DNA of 63,381 bases, the filler included, from Octopus bimaculoides (Eukaryota), in assembly GCF_001194135.2 (NCBI RefSeq). It is 8 parts of 7 records of this genome, joined end to end, with 100 filler letters (N's around TTAATTAATTAA, not from the genome) between each part and the next. Parts side by side here need not be neighbours in the genome. Positions count along the whole stretch, not along the records: positions 53,117 to 59,687 come from NC_068990.1; positions 59,788 to 63,381 come from NC_068985.1; 6 more parts are not named here. One strand, given 5' to 3'. Of the stretch, positions 54,370 through 63,381 are shown piece after piece. The translations under genes were made by a program, and so were the position numbers. Each line of letters begins with the position of its first letter. Positions within the stretch are counted from its first letter, which is position 1. The notes beneath the pieces were generated by a model. That model searched no databases. It was not told the DNA's origin and saw nothing but the letters and a program-made list of their open reading frames with translations.

Positions 54370-55110
54370 TATGTGTATGTCATTATTGAGTTTTATTTCA
54401 AGATTTCTTGCCAATAGAGGAAGAGTAGGTTTTGTAACCTTGATCCAAGGCTCCTTCGTTGGAATTTCAACCACATCAACAAGGTATTTTTGTATGTATG
54501 CATGTGTATGTGCAGTATTTGGAGTCAGTACATGTACAGATTTGTATGCGTTGCTCCGTATTCTCATGCATATAGCTGTATGTTTAGACATGCGCATATG
54601 TACTCAAATGATAAACTTCTGGAAAGTTCTACAAATTTTTACAGTTCCAGTAATGATATGGATTTGTAGCCTCCAAATCAGCTTTCTCCTTTGTCAGAAA
54701 ACTAATTTCGTAAGATTGGTATTTAGGCAGTGCGTTACATATCTATCTGCCCCAATAATTACAGGTATAAACCTGAACTAGCAATCTGGGTTGAATAACT
54801 TTAGATTTCTCAATAGTTCAGAGTAGGTGTTTTCTTTTTCGCTGATCTTTAGCTCTATGCTAACATCCGCTGGGCAGCTTATTTTCACAACATTACATAG
54901 TTTCTCTTCCGCATCCCAAATTACTATCAGATCTATTAGGTTTACATTTTATTCAGGTTTTCAGTGGGACATTCCACCAGTACTCTTTCTTATAACAAGT
55001 GGCTGTGGATTCTACCATACCGTGCGTCCTTATTTCTTTGGTTACAGTGTTATCCTTCCGGTGGATTTCATTACACAGTGTCTAAGCTACAACATCGTGT
55101 CTCATCGGTA
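54370..55110 (-). mobile_element. RLE-type LINE, short 5'-truncated copy (tandem copy 2)
   Basis: Colinear, diverged duplicate of about 55240-55980 (e.g. GATTGGTATTTAGGCAGTG and ACAGGTATAAACCTGAACT are shared). Confidence 0.8.
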
Positions 55111-55239
55111 GATAATACCGGGATGATGTTTGCATGTATGTATGTATGTATGTATGTATGTATGCATGCATGCGTGTATGTATGTATGTATGTATGTATG
55201 TATGTATACTTGCATGTATGCATGTATGTATGTATATTT

Positions 55240-57010
55240 GTATGTATATCATTATTCAGTTTTATTTCAAGATTTATTGCCAATAAGGAAGAGCTGGTTT
55301 CCAAGGTTCCTTCATTGGAATTCCAACATCAGAAACAGGATATTTTTCTACGTATGTATGTATGTATGTATGTATGTATATGTGCAGATTTATGCTTTGT
55401 TTCATGTATGTATTCTCAGACATATAGCTGCATAACTAGACATGCTCTTATATACTTAAATGCTAAACTTCTGGAAAGTTTTACAGATCTTACAGCTCCA
55501 GCGATGGATTGAATCTGTAGTCTTCGAATCAGCTTTTTCCTTATTGGTTTCGAGAAGGCTAATTTCTCAAGATTGGTATTTAGGCAGTGTGTTATAAATC
55601 AGTGCCCCATTGATTACAGGTATAAACCTGAACTTGTAATCTGGATAGAGTAACTGCTGGTGTCTCAATAGTTCAGCGTAGATATTTTCTTTTTCGCTGA
55701 TCTTTAGCTTTATGTTAGCATTCGCTGGGCAGCTGATTCTCATAACTGTACATACTTTCTCTTCTCTGTCCCAAATTATTATGTGAGGTCTATTGTGTTT
55801 ACATTTTATTGAGATTTTCACTGGGACATTCTACCAATACTCCTTTTTATTATGAGTGACGATGGCTTCCACCATACTGAGAGTTTTTATTTCGTTGTCC
55901 TCGGGATTATCCTTCCGACGGATCTCATTATACAGTGTCTTAAATACAACATCATGTCTCATCATTAAGTAATACTGTCATGACATTATTGGACAACTGC
56001 TTATGATGTGAATATCTTCGGTATTAACTCCACAAGGTCTGCATCGCTTGTCACATTTTGCTGTTATTCCTGCATCTCTGTCCCTTTTGTGCATCCGGTA
56101 TTTGGTTGATATTTCCTGTTCCACGATTGCAAACACATACCCTTCAAAGCTGGAGGTAGTAATACGGTTGTTGGTCCATTATAGACTGCTTTGGTGATCA
56201 ATGTTACTATCATCTCGGAGCTTTCTACTAACATATCAATGCACAGTCTTCTGCCCATATATGCTCATCCTTTCATCTGATGATACGTTGCCGTGGAGTC
56301 GTGCGAGTTCTTTGGGTATGTATTTAAAGTTATCAGACAAGGGATATTGCTCAGAAGTTGCTTTCCAAGTCTTATGATGCTATCAGCTTCATGGTTGCAA
56401 ACTTGGTTAAGGGATACACTTGCTAAAATATGTTGCTGAAAGGCTACGATACATCATTCAAAGGCAGTCTGGATCGTTGTTAAGCCTCTACTACCTTGCT
56501 TTCATTGTAGGCAGATGCGTTCTACGTCACTGTTGATGTGGAAACTATGTGCGCTGGTTAGTATCTTCCGACTTTTCACATCAATGGCTCGGATCTCAAG
56601 CGTCCAATCAAGCAGCCTGAATGTTGGTATGCGTACTGGCACTGCAAACACATTGTGGGCCACTGTTTGACTGACTGCAGAGTTTCGAGGTCCAAATTTC
56701 CCTTATTCGGCTATAATATTCTTTAGTGACACGTGTTTTGTTACAGGTGCCATTGTAAGATATGTTTTCATCCACACCTGGATACCTGTAACATTTCTCA
56801 CGATATATAGAGGAAGCAGTCAAGTCATTGATGGAGATGTTGCTAGATTGGTTTACAATTTTCCATCTCTTCACAGCCATATAGCATCATTTATCCTGAC
56901 CAAACTCCAGTCCTGTACCCTTTGAGAACGTTGTAACCGGGTCAAGACACTTTTTCATCTCGTGCATATTTTTGGCATAGAGTTTCCAAGTCATCCACAA
57001 AGAAACAGCG
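55240..57010 (-). mobile_element. RLE-type (R4/Dong-like) LINE, longer 5'-truncated copy (RT end, CCHC region, RLE, 3'UTR)
   Basis: FVDDL|KLYAKN (frameshifted catalytic motif), GLEFGQDK*C, and HNRPHIIIWDREEKVCTVMRISCPAN...FIPVINGAL endonuclease. (TACA)n tail. Confidence 0.85.
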
Positions 57011-58131
57011 TGTAATTTTGGTATTTCTGCTCCAAAAACACTACGTAAAACATTAATGAAAAATGTGGCCCCCGTTTTAAAAAAGATCCAAGTGCTTTTT
57101 ATAAGAATTTTGTTGCTAATTCTACCAGATCGAGTAATCACGAAGAGTTTCCATGTGATGATTGAAATGGAGGCTATGTTGGTAGCCATGGTCGCAGTGG
57201 TACTTGTGGTATTGATGAAGACAATAACTGTAACGTTAGTTGTATTGGTGGTAGTTGAGTTAGTAGGTTGTAGTGGGGATTGCGAACGTAGCTGTAGTGA
57301 TAGCTTGTGGTGGCGATTGTAGTGGTGGAGGTGGTTGTGGTAAGTCGTGCTGGAGTCAATGACAATGCCAATTAGCATATATTTCCCCCTAACCACCACC
57401 ACCACACCGACAACAACGGTGATGATGACCACCACCATCGCCGCTTCCACCACAACTAACAATAAAAATCAACATCCAACCACCACTGAATTAGTATTTA
57501 AAAGCAACAAATCATAGCTGCCATGTATGGTCTGATGGTGAGATATTAGGAGGACAAGTGAGAGGCTGTATATGGAGAGAGGGGTATGCTGCTTAGCGTC
57601 ATGATACAGAGATGAGATAAAGAGGGCCTCTTTGTTAGTGGAAACGGGAGCGAGGCAACACGGCAAGGAGGATTATGAACCGTAAGACACTAGTTCACTC
57701 ATTAGTTTATTTTTACCGATTATCTGGTTTTGTCTTGATGGTGACGGAAGTGAAGGTCAACGAATGATTGACCTCAGAGGTCAAGACGTCTTCGAATTAA
57801 CATCGATGTTAAAAGGTTACTTAGAGCATTGTCGATAGGCGAACTCATTGTCGTTCCGTATATGTCGATTATGTATTTATTTATGTAAGTATACATGTAC
57901 GAATGTTAGCACGTATGCTTGCATGCATGAATGTATGTGTATATATGTATATGTGTATATGTGTATATCTATATGTGTTCTTATATATGCGTTTATTTGC
58001 ATAGTTCTTGATTGATTTATTGATACTTAATGAGGAGCTCCAAGATACGAATGCTTAATTTTGGGACTTCGTATTTATCATGCGATATAGACTCACCATT
58101 AGGCTTCTTTCTACGTCCCAGAACAACATCA

Positions 58132-58207
<76 letters not shown>

Positions 58208-58303
58208 TTACTATTACTACTGTAACTATTACTACTACTACTACCGGTGCTGTTGCTGCTGCTGCTGCTACTACTACTACTACTACTACTACTACCACTA
58301 CTT

Positions 58304-58334
<31 letters not shown>

Positions 58335-58799
58335 CACTACTACTATAGGTGCTGTTGCAGCTTCAGGAAAGACAGCACGTTGTGAACAGAATTGCAATCA
58401 TAAACTCTAGGATTTGCAAAACTCAGACACTGCGTGAGTAACTACTATGAGGTTTCATGGCTCTGCATGCATCTCGGACGTTCCTCTCTTGTGACACTAT
58501 GGGGTTTATCTCTATAGGCGCTCGAATTCTAAAAGTTCTCCGTAGTTGAAACAGGCTCCAAAGCACCGGAGTAGATCTGCCAGTTCGTCCTATCCAACGC
58601 CTAGGACATCATTGCTCTTACTCACTAGTCCTCCATGTGTTCCTCATGTGGAACTTCCACTAAACGAATTAGCCGGAGGACAGGCAGCCCCTAATGCAAT
58701 TTCCAATGACAATAATAACAATAACAACGATGATGATGATGATGATGATGACGATGATGATGATGATGATGATGATGATGACGACGNNNNNNNNNNGAA

Positions 58800-59550
58800 A
58801 AAATGCACGGTTAATTTCATAGGGATGTGGAAGATAAGACAGACAAAGAAAAAAGATGGCTGTGGATGACTAAAAGTGATTTAAAATCGGAAAAGGAGGC
58901 TCTGATCTGTGCTGCCCAAGAGGAAGCACTAAGAACAAACTACATAAAATACAGAGTAGACAACACAACAGAAAGTGATAAGTGCAGAATCTGTGGACAA
59001 AACGGTGAAACCGTATGGCATATTACCAGCCAATGTACGCCACTAGCCCAGAAGGAATATAAGAGACGCCACGACAATATAGCCAGGCTTGTCCATTGGA
59101 CACTTTGCAGAACAAAAAATTGGTACGACTACAAACCTGAAGACATCGTCGAAAATAGAAAGGCAAATATCTTATGGGATTTTATTATTCAGTGTGACCA
59201 TGCGATAGAGAAGAGGAAGCCAGACATAGTCTTAATTGAGAAAGAAAACAAACTATGTTACATCAGAGTTATAGCATGCCCAGCTGACAACAAGGTATGC
59301 GATAAGGAAGAAGTAAAAGTTGAGAGATGTGACAGGTTAGCTTGGGAAGTTAAGCAGTTGTGGTCGATGAAAAAGGTAGAGGTAGTACCAGTAATTATCG
59401 GAGCCCTTTGAACAGTGAGCGAAATTCTCGAGAAGTACGTGGAACAAATAGGGGCTGCAATAAGGGTGGAGAACTTATAGAAAACAGCACTGCTTGGAAC
59501 CGCTGATTCTGTGGTACATCTCCAGCGTTAGAAGCTGTGCAAAGGCAGTG
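58800..59550 (+). mobile_element. RLE-type (R4/Dong-like) LINE 3' end
   Basis: WLWMTKSDLKSEKEALICAAQEEALRT, CCHC motif KCRICGQNGETVWHITSQC...RRHD, ILWDF...KPDIV...IACP, VVPVIIGAL. Flanked by (GAT)n and (TAA/TGA)n. Confidence 0.9.
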
Positions 59551-59593
<43 letters not shown>

Positions 59594-59616
59594 TGATGAT
59601 GATGATGATGATGATG

Positions 59617-59687
<71 letters not shown>

Positions 59688-59812
59688 NNNNNNNNNNNNN
59701 NNNNNNNNNNNNNNNNNNNNNNNNNNNNNNNTTAATTAATTAANNNNNNNNNNNNNNNNNNNNNNNNNNNNNNNNNNNNNNNNNNNNTATATATATATAT
59801 ACATACACATAC

Positions 59813-59845
<33 letters not shown>

Positions 59846-60279
59846 CAGAAAGAGAGAGGGAGAGAGAGAAAGAAGCAGGCAGACGGACAGAGAGATAAAC
59901 AGGTAGATAAATAGATAAGTAGGCATGTCCATATATATATATATATATATATATATCACCATACCACACACCATACCACACCACACCACACCACACCACC
60001 CTGCGCACACTAGCACTGACCCCTTCCCAGCACTCACACCATCATCCACACACCTACACATGTACGCACGCACACGTCAAGGTCACCATCCCCCTTCCAC
60101 ACGCACATACATACTCTCACATACACATGCACCAGCACCTTCGTTTTGGGATCACCACCACTTTCTTATTTCCCCTTCTTCCTAGCTCTCGTGTGTAACC
60201 CCTCAGTCCGGCATTCGCCATGATAGATCGCTAGCCACTAAACCTTTTTTATTTTCCCGCTCTACTTATTTCTGTTTTC

Positions 60280-60315
60280 CTTTCTGTCGAAGAGCGTAGG
60301 GTCGAAACGTAAAAG
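60280..60315 (+). ncRNA. Degenerate minimal type I hammerhead ribozyme in a Penelope-like terminal repeat
   Basis: CTTT-CTGTCGA-A-GAGC(GTAG)GGTC-GAAA-CGT-A-AAAG. Stem I is 4 bp, stem III is the palindrome ACGT, the core has A6>T, and stem II has one mismatch. Confidence 0.55.
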
Positions 60316-60407
60316 ACTTTCTCACTTCCCGAGCGTTAAACTAATACATCTTTTTGTTGTTTACACACCCATCTTCATATTTTGCTTTGTTTTTTGTAAA
60401 TTCTCAC

Positions 60408-60443
<36 letters not shown>

Positions 60444-60686
60444 CACACACACACACACANNNNNNNNNNNNNNNNNNNNNNNNNNNNNNNNNNNNNNNNN
60501 NNNNNNNNNNNNNNNNNNNNNNNNNNNNNNNNNNNNNNNNNNNNNNNNNNNNNNNNNNNNNNNNNNNNNNNNNNNNNNNNNNNNNNNNNNNNNNNNNNNN
60601 NNNNNNNNCGAGCGTCCAATGACACTATCCGTATCACGTCCTCACTTTGTTGTTTTTTTGTTATTGTTTTTTTGTGTTTATTTGAA

Positions 60687-60723
<37 letters not shown>

Positions 60724-60756
60724 GTAATATAATATATGACAATTATTCGGTTACCA

Positions 60757-60819
60757 TAATAAAACTCCGAGTTTCGGATGTCAGGGCGGAAATCTGCTCC
60801 GGCATCTCATCAGTTATTA
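60757..60819 (-). ncRNA. Type I hammerhead ribozyme with intact core in a Penelope-like terminal repeat
   Basis: Minus strand: TAATAA-CTGATGA-GATG[C CGGA GCAGATT TCCG CCCTGA]CATC-C-GAAA-CTCGGAG-T-T-TTATTA. Stem I is 6 bp and the cleavage triplet is GUU. Confidence 0.72.
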
Positions 60820-61405
60820 AGACAAACAAAAATGCTATGGAAATGACCGCTAGACAAAGGGAAATTACTATGTAAATAACCGTTATTAAGAGAAACAAAA
60901 GAGCTATTAGAATGACCGTTAAATAAAGGGAAAAAACCCGAAGGGGAGAAAGTAAAGAACGCTCATAGAATTCGCGTATGCGCGCACTATATACATACAC
61001 ATGCGCGCACTCACACCCATATGGGAAACTGGATGGAATGTCTGATCTAAAAGAAATCCCAGTAGGTAACCAACTGCAGGTTGCAATAGGGAGTAGATCT
61101 AGATGCCAAAAGTGTAAAAACACCTATCACTTTGAGGCCTTCGTCTCGACAACAGAGGATGAGAACTGAAAGTAGGTCTCCACTACTTCAGACATGCGAA
61201 TAGCCACAGCAACATCACAACAGTAAAAGCAACACCAGCAACTTATCATCTGTACGATTGACCTAAACAGGCTTCGTAGACGAGTATTGGTTTTGTGCAG
61301 CAACAATCAACCCATCCATCTCTCATTTAAACCTTTTGCGCTATTGTTGGCTTTACTTTGATATTCTCGATCGAACTTTTGTAGAACGCCGCTCTTCTTC
61401 TTCTT

Positions 61406-61490
<85 letters not shown>

Positions 61491-61569
61491 TCCTCCTCCT
61501 TCTCCTCCTCCTCTTCTTCTTCTTCTTCTCCTCCTCCTCCTCCTCCTCCTCCTCTTCTTCTTCTTCTTC

Positions 61570-62250
61570 TTTACTTTATTAACTTATCACCTGACCGTTG
61601 CACTTTGCCCCAGTTCACGTCGGACAGGAGCGTTTACTTTTCCGCTTCCTGTGGAAAGGACGCATTCCATTGATCAGACGGTCCATCTATTGCTAGCGCC
61701 CTCTGGATGGCGGGTTTGATATGCCATAGTTGCTGACGTGCAGACACGCTCCGCGGCTACGTCACTTACAGATTTTCCTGAATGGTGAGCTGGCGTGGTC
61801 ACTGCTTGTAAAGCACGTTTTTCCGCAGCTCATAAAAAATTTGACGGAGTTGCAATCGTGGGTCAAGAAAAGACCAAGATTAGGCGCCTGACACGTGGAG
61901 TGTCATTAGGCTCTCCCTGCTCTCTACCACTCTGGCATTGCAGTCACTGGAAGTTCTATAGAAGCAATATATAGAAATTTAGTGGTTTGTAAGAACGATG
62001 ACATTCTCAGGGTAATCGTAGGCGTCGACGAAGACGAAATAGCTGGTCTTTTTCAGGTGACTTTCGGATAACTTCCAGAAATTCCTAGCCTGTCTACCGA
62101 GGAGCACTGCATTTGAGATAAACTCTACAAGCACCTAAGCACTGTCAGGCATGACTGCCAGTGATACGCAAAGCACGAGCGACGAAACCGTTCTGCATGC
62201 ATTCGTGCAATATTCGAGTATTTAAATCAGACATTGCATGAGTGCACCGT
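61570..62250 (-). mobile_element. Possible LINE 3' end with (AAG/TAA)n tail
   Basis: GC-richer non-repetitive segment ending, on the minus strand, in the compound triplet array at 61393-61570. No protein motif recognised. Confidence 0.25.
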
Positions 62251-63334
62251 TGTAGTAAACCAATAAAGTAAGCTATGTATATTGTAAAAATTTAGTTCTA
62301 TAAACTAGTTTCCAATCAAAACTGATATTTTCTTCCCCTATTTGTAACTACATTACGATAATTGCCTTTCAAAAAGCTCTAATCGATTCTACAGGAATTC
62401 ATACCAGCATTAACAGGACCTCCAGGAGCTATGACGACCTCACTGAGAAGTGGTTTAGAATTCATTTTTCATCAATATGTTCATGTATTTAAGAAAACAG
62501 AAAGAAAATGCATTTTTTTTTTTGTGGTATGGGTTGGACCATCACCGTATTTGTATGTATGTGAATAAACATGTATGGGTATGAATGCGTGCTATACCAT
62601 TCACACAATTATGGCAACATGCATGGCAAGAGTTGACCTATATCTGACCTAACTCGAGCTCCACTAAATTAAATATAAGAAAAATGGAATTTGAAATCTC
62701 AGAAATCACTAGAAAGCATTATATTCCGAAAGCCTCCACCCAACATACCGAGTGGCAATAATCATTTTATATAAACACATAGCATATTTAAGTATCCGTA
62801 CAATTATAAATTTATATATACCTTGAATCATTATCTACACTTTTGCGTAAATTCCTTACATATTTTATCCATTGTCAAAGATACCCCTACAGATAAAGGA
62901 TCCAAGCAAAACATCTTTTTATTCATTAATCATTGTTTTCACATATTTACACATTCATAAGTTCACCAGAGGGGGGGGGGCTTCATAGAAAAAATTTTTT
63001 TATAGATTTCTTCTTTATGGAGAAACACTATATCTCTAGAATTTTTATCTATAGAAATTTTTATACATTTTTAAACATTTTTGTAAGCCTTATATATGGA
63101 ACCAATAATTTCCGCCGAAATGTTTTTAGCGGTACCCGATAAGATGCAGCCGGTGTGTATATAAACAAGCTTTAAATATCATATCAGCGATAGCCTGAGG
63201 ATCAGGGATTTGAAACTGTGAGTAATGAAGCACCAACTCATTTTTTCAATGTTATTCACTCTACCTAAAGGTATTGCATAGTTTCTTCCGTTTATTTGCA
63301 TTTCACAACGATCTGACACAACCGTATACATGTA

Positions 63335-63381
<47 letters not shown>

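Noticed and set aside
19527-59743. Recurring perfect palindrome TTAATTAATTAA at seven sites
   Set aside because: Always centred in N runs and encodes stops in six frames, so it is an assembly spacer rather than biology.
63190-63230. CTGAGGA...GAAACTGTGAGTA hammerhead-like string (weaker ones near 1950, 33230, 37770)
   Set aside because: Stem I does not pair, and CCTGA-GGA-TCAGG forms a competing hairpin. The others lack GAAA or CUGANGA.

Overview
Eukaryotic, AT-rich, microsatellite-saturated draft-assembly DNA with many N gaps. The SINE/LINE/Penelope repertoire looks like a coleoid cephalopod, probably Octopus (inference). The only host coding sequence I can support is three consecutive minus-strand exons (32072-32182, 31130-31207, 30847-30979). 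They splice in frame to 107 aa resembling a divergent inositol 1,4,5-trisphosphate receptor, so most of the window is probably intron or flank of that gene. The rest is microsatellites and mobile DNA: three tRNA-derived SINE families (about 30 copies or fragments), a CR1-group LINE 3' end, RLE (R4/Dong-like) LINE fragments, L1/Tx1-like RT fragments, Penelope-like RT/GIY-YIG remnants and one hAT-type end. The most notable observations are two convergent type I hammerhead ribozyme motifs near 60.3-60.8 kb, a SINE/LINE shared 3' stem-loop with a compensatory change, an inverted SINE pair in an IP3R intron (candidate ADAR substrate), an in-frame (TTC)25 intron, RLE LINEs embedded in microsatellites, and a 78-bp mini-SINE with intact TSDs. 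Most long ORFs in the supplied track are microsatellite or N artefacts. Repeat boundaries are approximate (about 20 bp) unless TSDs or splice sites are quoted. Family assignments come from recalled motifs, not database searches.
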